Positions 1 to 12,910 are shown, counted from the stretch's first letter. The stretch: DNA of 64,000 nt from an uncultured Pseudomonadales bacterium (GCA_937775265.1 CALKBV010000002.1:118538-182537), one strand, 5' to 3'. Numbers and translations: made by a program. The notes: a model not told the origin generated them from the sequence alone.

Positions 1-385
1 TTTCCCGGATCCCGACCTCGTTAAAGCCAAGCTTATCGTACAGCTCACGGGCCGCCACATTCGAAGGTCTCACCTCAAGAAATATAGTCGACGCCTCTCC
101 CTTCCGAGCCCGCTCCAGCAAGTGTTCGACCAGGATGCACCCAAAACCATGACCCTGGAAATCAGGATGCACGCAAACATTCAGCAGGTGAGACTCTCCA
201 GCCGCAACCGACAGAATGCCATGACCGACATTCTGGTCGCTACACATCAACAACCAGCATTCCTGGCCGTTGCCGAGGCAGTCCCTGAAAACCCCCTCGG
301 TCCAGGGATGCGTGTAACCCCGGCGCTCGTTTCGAAGTACATCAGGTAGATCGGTCAGCTGCATACGCCGGACCTCGCTGGACAT
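1..385 (-). CDS. rimI: Ribosomal-protein-alanine N-acetyltransferase RimI (GNAT); the C-terminus runs off the window start
   Basis: My own minus-strand translation from the ATG at 385 gives MSSEVRRMQLTDLPDVLRNERRGYTHPWTEGVFRDC...LLNVCVHPDFQGHGFGCILVEHLLERAR...LEVRPSNVAARELYDKLGF. It has the GNAT QxxGxG acetyl-CoA motif. The ATG shares its A with the TGA of the upstream ORF. It is absent from the ORF track because there is no stop in the window. Confidence 0.8.
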   Translation of the reverse strand, partial: MSSEVRRMQLTDLPDVLRNERRGYTHPWTEGVFRDCLGNGQECWLLMCSDQNVGHGILSVAAGESHLLNVCVHPDFQGHGFGCILVEHLLERARKGEASTIFLEVRPSNVAARELYDKLGFNEVGIRE

Positions 386-1050
386 CAAGACATCTCGCTG
401 CTGCGCCAACGATGCATTGCCAGCATCAGTTCGCGCTTGGCTGAACCCGACCCAAGAAGGCCTTTCAGGGACGGCACCTTAAGGAATGTCTGCGCACCAA
501 CTGCTCCCACCGACAGCGGCGCCAAGTCGCGCAGCGGATTGTAGTACTCGCCAACGTCGTCCCCAAACACCAATACCCTGGTAGGCATTTGCCGGAATTT
601 TTGGGTAACGACCTCTCTCGCCGCGTTAATGGATTGATCGATCCCCGATGTGCTTAGCATTGGCCATTTGAGTAACTGGTAACGCACGGATCCGATACTG
701 CCACCCATGGCGCGCGCCACATCGTCACAAAACCTCCTGGGAAGTTCACTTTCAGCACGCAGCGAAAGGCAAATACCCATCGTTTCATAGTGAAACAATG
801 CCAACATGAATTCAGGAATTTGTTTGCCGGTTGCAGCATCCCCGGTCTGAACTGTCGTATCTGTCTCAACTTTCTTAGCCGGCGCCTGCCTGAACACTTC
901 CGTAGGGCTGTTCACGGGCTCGTTCGAAGCTCCCACTGCAGCATCCACCTGGGGCGCAACAGCTGACCGCGATGTCCAGACATCAATACCCATCGCCTTC
1001 AGGTAGCCACTTCTGGTTAGTCCCATTTCGTTAACACCATCACCTAACAC
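385..1050 (-). CDS. holD: DNA polymerase III psi-subunit-like protein (HolD-like); GTG start at 1050 or ATG at 1026
   Basis: The N-terminal GYLKAMGIDVWTSR resembles the E. coli HolD N-terminus (LQQLGITQWSLRR). It sits immediately upstream of rimI and is translationally coupled to it, the classical holD-rimI pairing. The central part is low complexity. Confidence 0.45.
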   Translation of the reverse strand: MLGDGVNEMGLTRSGYLKAMGIDVWTSRSAVAPQVDAAVGASNEPVNSPTEVFRQAPAKKVETDTTVQTGDAATGKQIPEFMLALFHYETMGICLSLRAESELPRRFCDDVARAMGGSIGSVRYQLLKWPMLSTSGIDQSINAAREVVTQKFRQMPTRVLVFGDDVGEYYNPLRDLAPLSVGAVGAQTFLKVPSLKGLLGSGSAKRELMLAMHRWRSSEMS

Positions 1051-1056
1051 AAGCCG

Positions 1057-2352
1057 TCACTTCTCACCGACCAGCTTATCATCATCAGGATGAACCGGGG
1101 CCCGGGCAAACACAAAACATAGCGACCCAAGGAGCGCGCCAATACCCAGTACGCTAAACCCGGTCACATAATCGCCATGAGTATCCGCCATATATCCGGC
1201 ATAGATCGGCCCAATAGACATGCCCAACATCACGATCAGAGAAGAGAACCCCATGATCGTGCCGAAAGATGACGGGCCAAAATAGTCGGCACGCAGCGCG
1301 ACCATCAATGGGCCCCGAATTCCCCAGGCAAGTCCGTGCATCGCAGTGAAGAGTATAACCATCCAGAGCTCTGTAGCATTTGCGAGAAGGAACAGTGCCG
1401 CGGTGTGGAACAACATGCAGACGACACAGATCAACTGTTTGTTAAATCTGTCCCCGATGAAACCACCACCTATCTGCCCCAGCATCTGGAAGCCGGTCAG
1501 CGCCGCAACCACAAGGCCCGCCTGACCCAGGGAATAATCGAGACCTTCGCTTAGATGCGAAACCAGGTGGACCATGATCGATGACACAGTTAACAACGCG
1601 CAAGCGTGCCCCATGGAGATCAGCCAGAAAGAAGAAGTTCGCATCGCCTGTCGGGCCGTGAAATCGCGACCACTCGTAAACACCATTGGCATTCCCTCAA
1701 TGTTTAACTGGCTACCACCATCGACCAGCTCCCCATAGTCCTGCGGACGATGGCGCACTAGGAAGACCAACGGAAACCCAACCACGATAACCATGGCTCC
1801 GGAATAGAAGGCTGTTGTCCTCCAGCCGAATGCTTCAAGACAAATAATAACAACAGGGACTGCGAGCCCACCAAGAGAGTAACCCATTTGAGACAGGGCA
1901 ACTGCCTTCGCTCTATGACGGCTGAACCAGTTCACGATAGACACCATCACCGTGGCGAACCCGCCAAGGCTGGAGCCAACCGCTATCAGCGCAAAAGTCA
2001 GGTAGAACTCGAGAAGCGTCGTGATCTGGCTGAACGCCATGAATCCAATACCGAAGATAACAACACCCACGCCCAGCACAATCCGGGGGCCATACTTGTC
2101 AGTTAGCCAACCCTGCAGAGGCCCAAGGATCCCGCTTTCGATTCTCGTCAGCGCAAACGCACCGGCCACGAGCGCTTTACTCCAACCGAACTCGTCCTGC
2201 AGCAGGACAACATAGGCGCCATAGGAGTGCATCCACAACAGCCCGGAAAGAAGCTGCAAACCACCAGCCGCGCTGACGATATACCAGCCATAGAAGACAT
2301 GGCCTGCCGGGCGAATAACACCATCGATTCGGGAGAAGAGCCAGGACATCAA
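1057..2352 (-). CDS. MFS transporter
   Basis: The 431-aa ORF is a polytopic membrane protein of about 12 hydrophobic segments with MFS-like loop motifs (LTDKYGPR). Confidence 0.8.
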   Translation of the reverse strand: MMSWLFSRIDGVIRPAGHVFYGWYIVSAAGGLQLLSGLLWMHSYGAYVVLLQDEFGWSKALVAGAFALTRIESGILGPLQGWLTDKYGPRIVLGVGVVIFGIGFMAFSQITTLLEFYLTFALIAVGSSLGGFATVMVSIVNWFSRHRAKAVALSQMGYSLGGLAVPVVIICLEAFGWRTTAFYSGAMVIVVGFPLVFLVRHRPQDYGELVDGGSQLNIEGMPMVFTSGRDFTARQAMRTSSFWLISMGHACALLTVSSIMVHLVSHLSEGLDYSLGQAGLVVAALTGFQMLGQIGGGFIGDRFNKQLICVVCMLFHTAALFLLANATELWMVILFTAMHGLAWGIRGPLMVALRADYFGPSSFGTIMGFSSLIVMLGMSIGPIYAGYMADTHGDYVTGFSVLGIGALLGSLCFVFARAPVHPDDDKLVGEK

Positions 2353-2610
2353 TCAGGCGACGTCGGCTTTGAAGAATCGTCTCGCAATGCCAAAGACTGA
2401 GATCGTCAACCACGCGGACTCGATAATGAAAGCACTCAGGTTAAATTCTTCCATCAGTGAGAACAGAACCATTCCTGCACCAAGCGCATTGAGCCCGGAA
2501 AAAATCAGGCTTGTCGGTTCGATTCGTTCAATTTGCAGAAGCAGATAAGTTGCAAGAATACACAATACACCGACATTACCGACCAGATCGTGAAATTCGT
2601 ATCCAAGCAT
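2353..2610 (-). CDS. Small 3-TM membrane protein, function unknown
   Basis: The 85-aa hydrophobic ORF has its stop directly abutting the start of the downstream MFS gene, which suggests co-translation. Confidence 0.5.
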   Translation of the reverse strand: MLGYEFHDLVGNVGVLCILATYLLLQIERIEPTSLIFSGLNALGAGMVLFSLMEEFNLSAFIIESAWLTISVFGIARRFFKADVA

Positions 2611-2675
2611 TTTTCATTACCTAACCAAAACAAGGAAGCATAAACTAAGGCCCCTACCCTTGACAGGTAAACGCC

Positions 2676-3440
2676 ATGATGCGAGTCGCCGACCATTGGT
2701 ATGACACCAGAAAACTCACTAACGAGCTGACACTTATTTATGAACCGCATGTGCATCCGTTCCTGAGGTGCAATATCTGGCACCTTCGCGGCCGTGATAA
2801 AGATCTATTGGTCGATACCGGGCTAGGTGTCAGTTCGCTGAAGAACGCCATTGCAGACAAGATCGATAAACTCGTGATGGCATTGGCCACACATATCCAC
2901 TACGACCATGTCGGCTGTTTGCGCGAGTTTGATGAAAGATTGATGTACAGCAGTGAATCAGCAGCCATGCTGAATTATTCGGAGTTCAGCTGGCTTCGCA
3001 TCGCGGACTTCCCTCAAAACTACCAGGCTGGACTTCGCACCGATGATTACCAGGACTACCTGATTAACGCTCGACCGGACGAAAACTACGACATTAAAAA
3101 CTACCAGGTTACCTCCACCAGTATCACCCGCCACCTTGATGAAGGAGATGTTATCGACCTTGGCGATAAAGCACTCACGGTATAACACCTGCCAGGCCAT
3201 TCACCCGGCAGCATTGGTCTATGGGATCCATCAGGCAGAACACTCTTCTCTGGCGACGCTCTCTACGATCGCCAACTTCTCGATCAGCTACCGGGATCGA
3301 ACATCCCGGACCACATCAACACGCTGAAGATCGACAAGAGTTTTGTTGGTTCAATTAACGCAAGTGAAGAAGCGACTTCATTCGTCGATGCTATCGTGGC
3401 GATGGCGAAAGGATTGAAATTGAACCTGACTGCCGTTTAA
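2676..3440 (+). pseudogene. MBL-fold metallo-hydrolase interrupted by an in-frame TAA (3183-3185) and lacking its normal C-terminus
   Basis: The HIHYDHVG (HxHxDH) motif lies before the stop. The same frame continues after the TAA as HLPGHSPGSIGLWDPSGRTLFSGDALYDRQLLDQLPGS, which holds the later MBL metal-ligand motifs. The frame was checked codon by codon. Confidence 0.7.
3324..3440 (+). pseudogene. EAL-domain (c-di-GMP phosphodiesterase) fragment fused in frame to the truncated MBL gene
   Basis: The translation LKIDKSFVGSINASEEATSFVDAIVAMAKGLKLNLTAV* matches the EAL-domain core (LKIDKSFV ... IV.AI..LA..L.L.V.AEGVE). It is cut just before the expected EGVE. Confidence 0.6.
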
Positions 3441-3486
3441 AAAAACACAGGCAAGCACAGTACGGTGTTTTAACGGCGGTTGACTG

Positions 3487-3957
3487 CTAGAGCTGGTTGG
3501 CTCGTCCTAGCCACTTATGCATCGTTGTCTGCATGCGCCAGATCTTGGCTGGCTGGTATAACGTCTCGCGCATAAAACTATCTGGCTGTACCAGGTTCCT
3601 TATCCTCAGGCTGCAATCCAGATCCTTGCAAACGAGATTGCCCAATGTGTGCCGTCCCTCACTGCCTCTTACCGGCACCGTAAACATCGCGGTCCCATTT
3701 GCTTTGTGAACATGATGACACCAGGAACACATCTCCATCCGCCGGTTTTTCGTAACCCGTTTCGCTCGACTCATCTTAATACCACGACTTCGTCCATCGT
3801 TGGGTGACTGTAAAACGACGAAACCGACATGTCCTGAAGGGTGCACCCAGCCAAAGTAATCGAGTGACGGCCACTGAACATTTTCAAGATCAGGGACATG
3901 CAGAACTTCACCTTCATCAAAGGCTGCCGTGATTTCTTCCCGATTCAGAGCTAGCAT
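3487..3957 (-). CDS. Cys-rich protein, possibly of the FBP C-terminal treble-clef zinc-finger family
   Basis: The 156-aa ORF has CSWCH and CKDLDC cysteine pairs following an N-terminal alpha/beta region. The family call is from memory of FBP_C-type proteins only. Confidence 0.4.
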   Translation of the reverse strand: MLALNREEITAAFDEGEVLHVPDLENVQWPSLDYFGWVHPSGHVGFVVLQSPNDGRSRGIKMSRAKRVTKNRRMEMCSWCHHVHKANGTAMFTVPVRGSEGRHTLGNLVCKDLDCSLRIRNLVQPDSFMRETLYQPAKIWRMQTTMHKWLGRANQL

Positions 3958-4066
3958 GGGTGAACCATATCGAGTCAGCCGGTTTGTAGCGACCCTTTTC
4001 TGATTTGATGGGCCAATTCGGTCGTTTTGCCTGGTTCACTGTCTTTGCCATTCTCGCGAGCAACAA

Positions 4067-5131
4067 CTAAGCAACATCCGTGATCGTCCACACAATCGAG
4101 TCTCCGCTGATTTCAACCTCTGCCTGTTTCATGTGCTGGAAAGATGCGAGAGCACCCAACCAGAGTTCTTTCCATACCGTTAGCACAGTCTCTCGATCTA
4201 CCGGGTCCAGACCTTGAGTAATACGTAAACCAGTGTGAATAATCTGCAACGTACTACCGCTCAATTTCACGACCGATTCGTCGCCAAGCCCGGCAAACAT
4301 CTTGGAGAGATAGCTTCCCGCCGAAGCTAGGTCGCCGTCCTCTGTCCCGATAAGCGTTCGCGTCTGGGTGCAGTACTGCAGCCCGATCAGCCTTGCTGCC
4401 CTACCGCCCAGCGCTTTTGTTTGGCTCTCACCAATAACCCCATGAAGTTCTATTAGTCCGTTTCGGACAAATTCCACTGCATAGTTTCGGTTCGCTTTCT
4501 CAAGTCTTTCTTCACCCCAGCTCTCGGCGGGCAGCTTGGGCTGATCTTCCTGATTGAACGGGGGTGGTCGTTCATTGGCAAACTGCAATCGTTCTCTATC
4601 CGTAAGGTCATGATCAAACTCCTTAAAATATCCACAGAGCCCAAACTCGCCTGTCATGTCTTCTGAGACGCATACAAAACCTAACCTGGGATTGTTCAGC
4701 GAAACACCGTTTTCAGCATACCAGCCGTTAAGGAAGCCACGGCTGACCTCAACAGGGATACCGCAGATAGTTGCGCCAAGATACATCCAGCGTGGATAGC
4801 GGAACCTGACCCAGGCCTTTGTGTCACTTTCTGCAAGGTACTCAACAGGGACACCACCAATGCTATTGGCCATTACATGGTATTGGGCGCAGGCAACTGC
4901 ATCCGGCAAACCCTCTAGTCCCAACTTACCAAAGCTCGACAGGAATTTGTCTTTGTGTTGCCTGCGGAACAGACCGAACATCCAGTCATAAACTTCACTT
5001 CGATCTCGATTAGACGAGATCATGAGCTGTAACCCAAGCAACAAGGCATGGTGCATTTCCGCCTGAGCCACAATGCCTAAGGAATTCTGATCTCTGGCGT
5101 TCATCGATACTTTCATTCTATAGGCGCCCAA
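4067..5131 (-). CDS. Hypothetical protein (354 aa)
   Basis: This is a long ORF with non-repetitive, protein-like composition. I recognise no motif. The start may be at M6 (5116). Confidence 0.65.
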   Translation of the reverse strand: MGAYRMKVSMNARDQNSLGIVAQAEMHHALLLGLQLMISSNRDRSEVYDWMFGLFRRQHKDKFLSSFGKLGLEGLPDAVACAQYHVMANSIGGVPVEYLAESDTKAWVRFRYPRWMYLGATICGIPVEVSRGFLNGWYAENGVSLNNPRLGFVCVSEDMTGEFGLCGYFKEFDHDLTDRERLQFANERPPPFNQEDQPKLPAESWGEERLEKANRNYAVEFVRNGLIELHGVIGESQTKALGGRAARLIGLQYCTQTRTLIGTEDGDLASAGSYLSKMFAGLGDESVVKLSGSTLQIIHTGLRITQGLDPVDRETVLTVWKELWLGALASFQHMKQAEVEISGDSIVWTITDVA

Positions 5132-5396
5132 CGGTGAGCGTCAGACATTACCACTCATGACACCCAATGGCAGTCAATAGCAGGTAAACTAGTCCTAAGT
5201 TAGCCATTTCAAGGCACCCCTATGCACTAACTGATTGCTCTCGTTTGTACTGTACTACAGAATTCGACCGCGATTGCCTAGAGCACCCCTCAGGAAACCC
5301 TGGAAAAGTATCTCTCTATCCTGACGGGACAGGAACCGGCAGGTATCGCGACCCTAATGGATTCCGGAAATATGGATAGCCTGAAGAAGACTATAG

Positions 5397-5772
5397 ATGA
5401 GTCCATTCAGTACCAGGCGAATTTTGGTGAATATGGTTTTGCAACGCCGTGTTTTCGGACAGAAGGTTTCCATGAGTCGAGTGGCCAAAACACCAGCTGA
5501 GTTTTACCTGAACGCCCTTGCCAATGAAATCCTGAAAGCTTCGCGTTCACAACACCTTAAGGTCACAGACCGGGAGATCACCGGCAAGATCCAGGAGAAT
5601 GACGACATGGTACATATCGTCGCTCGGCTCAAAATGTCCCAGGGTGACCACCTGGGAACAGATACTGTTGTACACCTTAGTGAAAGAGAAAGGTGAGTGG
5701 AAACTTAAGTTTCCCGCCACGATCAAACAGATGGTGATGATGATTGAGAGTAGGGCGCGACAGCGTCGCTAA
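5397..5772 (+). pseudogene. Frameshifted small ORF with a DUF4878-like C-terminal motif
   Basis: Frame 0 ends ...DTVVHLSERER* at 5696. The +1 frame continues directly as VKEKGEWKLKFPATIKQMVMMIESRARQRR* (stop at 5770-5772). Removing one A from the run around 5688-5692 would give ...HLSEREGEWKLKF..., a typical end for this domain type. Confidence 0.5.
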
Positions 5773-5876
5773 CAGGTTCGCGCGTAAAGCATAGAGGTAA
5801 CCCTGATAGGTGAACTACCTTCTGAATCGAGCGGAGACGTCATTACAAAATGGAGGGCGTTATTCATTTGAGAAGC

Positions 5877-6170
5877 CTAGGAGCCCCCATAGTGTCGCAG
5901 CGGTAAATAACCAGTGAACAGCGATTTGTAACCTGAGGTGAACACAACCAATATAATTGTCAGGAAGAGGCCCAACTCGTTTGCACCATACTCAAAGCAA
6001 AGCAATAGACAGAACCCCAGGACAACCGGAATTCCCGCGCTAAATCGAAAATCCATTTCTACAAACCGATGGCAGCTCATACAGTTCGTACCATGGGCCA
6101 GTTCACCAACAGTCAGCTGGCCATGGTCACAATATGGACACTTTCGAACCTTTTTAAAGATTGGACTCAA
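5877..6170 (-). CDS. Zinc-ribbon plus 2-TM membrane protein; candidate immunity or accessory protein for the upstream peptide
   Basis: The 97-aa ORF has an N-terminal CPYC...CMSC ribbon followed by two hydrophobic helices. Its TTG start lies 4 nt after the peptide gene stop. Confidence 0.55.
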   Translation of the reverse strand: MSPIFKKVRKCPYCDHGQLTVGELAHGTNCMSCHRFVEMDFRFSAGIPVVLGFCLLLCFEYGANELGLFLTIILVVFTSGYKSLFTGYLPLRHYGGS

Positions 6171-6174
6171 ATGA

Positions 6175-6372
6175 CTAATTGTCAGAAAAGGCTGAGGCTA
6201 CGCCATAAACCGCATAAGAAGTAAGGCCTCTCGACAGGTAGTATTGCCCAATAGTCCTGACTGCATGATGCGTTGCAAATGAAGCAACCGCTGCTACTAG
6301 CGGCACAACGCCTCCGCTGACACTTTGCATTTCCTCGTGAGACAACTCTCGAATCGTGTTTGATTTATTCAT
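6175..6372 (-). CDS. Double-glycine-leader peptide (class II bacteriocin / microcin-like precursor)
   Basis: The sequence is MNKSNTIRELSHEEMQSVSGG|VVPLVAAVASFATHHAVRTIGQYYLSRGLTSYAVYGVASAFSDN. The leader fits the LSxxELxxIxGG consensus. A strong AAGGAG SD sits 7 nt upstream of the ATG. Confidence 0.65.
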   Translation of the reverse strand: MNKSNTIRELSHEEMQSVSGGVVPLVAAVASFATHHAVRTIGQYYLSRGLTSYAVYGVASAFSDN

Positions 6373-6497
6373 AACTGTAACTCCTTAGATGAATTGATTT
6401 GATCGTCTCCGATCAGAATGCATTTAGGCAGTTAGTCAGAGCCTACAAAATGGCAAAGCTCTTGGTTCAGCGTAGGAGAACAACAACAAAAAGTCAT

Positions 6498-6530
6498 AAA
6501 AAACCCCAGTCGCTTTCGCGAACTGGGGTT
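6498..6530 (-). terminator. Rho-independent terminator of the rrn operon
   Basis: On the minus strand the stem CCCCAGT-loop-ACTGGGG is followed by TTTTTT, immediately after the 5S gene. Confidence 0.7.
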
Positions 6531-6539
6531 TCTCAATTA

Positions 6540-6658
6540 ATGCCTGACAATGTCCTACTCTCGCATGGGAACTCCCACACTACCATCGGCGCTAAGCAGT
6601 TTCACTTCTGAGTTCGATATGGGATCAGGTGGTACCTACTCGCTAAGGTCATCAGGCA
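6540..6658 (-). rRNA. rrf: 5S ribosomal RNA
   Basis: The reverse complement TGCCTGATGACCTTAGCG...CCGATGGTAGTGTGGG...GCGAGAGTAGGACATTGTCAGGCAT aligns end to end with the E. coli 5S as recalled. Confidence 0.95.
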
Positions 6659-6933
6659 AGCCGGTGTGGCGTCATCGTTTTGTACGATAAGCCTCGTCCG
6701 TGTTGCCAACACCAGGGTTAGATCCTGGGTGACTAAATCTTAAAAAGTAATATAAGTGACAAGTCTTTTTACGTCTGACATCTTTTGTCTTTCAAACAAT
6801 CGTTCTATTTCAAGGTCTTATCCTATATAGCTTGAGTTTCTCTAAACCGGCGCCTTTTCTCTTCACGCTATGCGTTCAATTCAAGATGGCGGTTAGAGGA
6901 TCATGTGGTTATACCACAATCGCTCAAATTATA

Positions 6934-9845
<2,912 letters not shown>

Positions 9846-10099
9846 ATATAACTTGAACGACCTGGATAACGGAGTGTTATTCAGGAAACTAAATGCCTCT
9901 CACCTTTTGTGAAGCAGAGGCTGCTCAAAGCTATTGGTTTATCACCGGATAATACGCTTGAAATATACGAACTCTCGACCACTTTTCTGACCGGAAACCG
10001 AAGTTTCTTGTCTTCAACGTGATCTTGAATTTAAAAAAACAAATGAAGATCAGTTCCCTTTTAAATACCAACAGTGCGCGTTTGAATTAACACTACTGA

Positions 10100-10111
10100 T
10101 ATTAAAGAACA
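10100..10111 (-). promoter_or_regulatory. boxA-like antitermination element (spacer copy 2)
   Basis: The minus strand reads TGTTCTTTAATA, compared with the E. coli rrn boxA TGCTCTTTAACA. Confidence 0.45.
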
Positions 10112-10357
10112 TCTCTTAACAAGACTCGACCTGGCAAAAGGTCTTATCTTGGTCATTGAACTTGGGTTCGCTGACTCATTTGCGGATGTCAATTTTTGTA
10201 AACAGCTGATGTCATCACAACACCTTCTGATTACAGACTTTACTAAATTCCCCTTGGTTATTGCCTTCGAACGGATCGTGGTTTCTCTTGGTAGAGGCCC
10301 CTCGACTTCGATCGGGGCAAATTTCCGCAGGAAATTTGCTTTATCACTTATACACTT

Positions 10358-10369
10358 TTTTAAAGAACA
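10358..10369 (-). promoter_or_regulatory. boxA-like antitermination element (spacer copy 1)
   Basis: The minus strand reads TGTTCTTTAAAA. Confidence 0.45.
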
Positions 10370-10409
10370 TCTGTTGGGTCCACCAACAGAGTTTCTCTGG
10401 CTAGAGCGC

Positions 10410-10480
10410 CAGAAGTCAGAAGACTATTGAGAACAACTTGAGTACTACTTAACCTCAATCTCAGGGTCTTCTGACTTCTG
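10410..10480. repeat. Perfect 15-bp inverted repeat in the 16S-23S spacer (probable processing stem)
   Basis: cagaagtcagaagac (10410-10424) is the exact reverse complement of gtcttctgacttctg (10466-10480). Confidence 0.7.
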
Positions 10481-10574
10481 ATGTCTATGCACAGGCGCCA
10501 ACAGCAACTAACGAGTCGCTAATGACGCGGAATCAAACAATAGGTTGTGAGTGCTTGCAGTAGATGCTTTAGGT

Positions 10575-12133
<1,559 letters not shown>

Positions 12134-12539
12134 AAGAGTATTTCTCTAACCTCCCTTGTTACACCCTTTTGAGGCTCCCTCAGGACATTAGTAGTGGTAT
12201 AAGCCACCAATCTTTTCATGGCAACGGCTTTGATCTTCCGAGGAGGATCGTTTCCGTTACTATGCTCAGTCAAACAAGAATCGAACATCCTAGGATGTTC
12301 TATCATCCGCTGCGTCGGCCCAACGATGTTTCCATCAATGAACTGGCACAACAGAATTACTGTTACTTAGTAAGTATTGCGTCAACACCTCTTTGCCTAG
12401 CGGCTGTATATGTTTGCCTTACGGCAAGCCATGTACAAGAGCTGTCTTTCGCTTCTCAAATATAGTGTCAGTAACTTGTTGCTGAATATTTTTCGCATTC
12501 AATCAACAAGCACCCACACCTATTGTTTGTTTCCAACCA

Positions 12540-12551
12540 TGTTAAAGAACA
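12540..12551 (-). promoter_or_regulatory. boxA antitermination element in the rrn leader
   Basis: The minus strand reads TGTTCTTTAACA, an 11/12 match to the E. coli boxA. Confidence 0.6.
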
Positions 12552-12742
12552 ACTTCGGCACCAACGTACCCACCGTGTCATACACGTGGGGGCAGAACTT
12601 TCTGCGCAAAAAACCCCGCGTTGACGTTTATTTCAACGGGTGAATTTTAATCCTGGTTGTCCGAATGGCTTAACTACCCTTGGGTGAAAAGCCCTGAATT
12701 ACGGCCTGTAATTCAGCCCCGATCCGCTGATCGAGGAGGCGC

Positions 12743-12770
12743 ATTATACGCCTTAGAAGCCCCATTACAA
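12743..12770 (-). promoter_or_regulatory. rrn promoter P2 (sigma70)
   Basis: The minus strand reads TTGTAA-N16-TATAAT followed by a GCGCCTCC GC-rich discriminator. Confidence 0.55.
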
Positions 12771-12865
12771 CCACCTTCGTGGATAATCGATAAATATTTT
12801 CGAACTACTTATTTACCGGTGATGGAGCCTTGATTCTTTCCCCGCCCTAGGGCGAAGAGGCGCGC

Positions 12866-12893
12866 ATTGTAGCAGCGTTTTCTGGAATGTCTA
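12866..12893 (-). promoter_or_regulatory. rrn promoter P1 (sigma70)
   Basis: The minus strand reads TAGACA-N16-TACAAT followed by a GCGCGCC discriminator, with an AT-rich UP-like sequence upstream. Confidence 0.55.
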
Positions 12894-12910
12894 TTAAAAC
12901 TGGAGAGTAT

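Noticed and set aside
122-349. 75-aa plus-strand track ORF
   Set aside because: It is antisense to a clear GNAT/RimI reading frame on the minus strand that spans 1-385.
9846-10574. Search for spacer tRNAs; the candidate was tggtagaggcccctcgacttcgatcgggg (about 10288-10316)
   Set aside because: No cloverleaf can be drawn. The T-arm and acceptor complementarity are missing.
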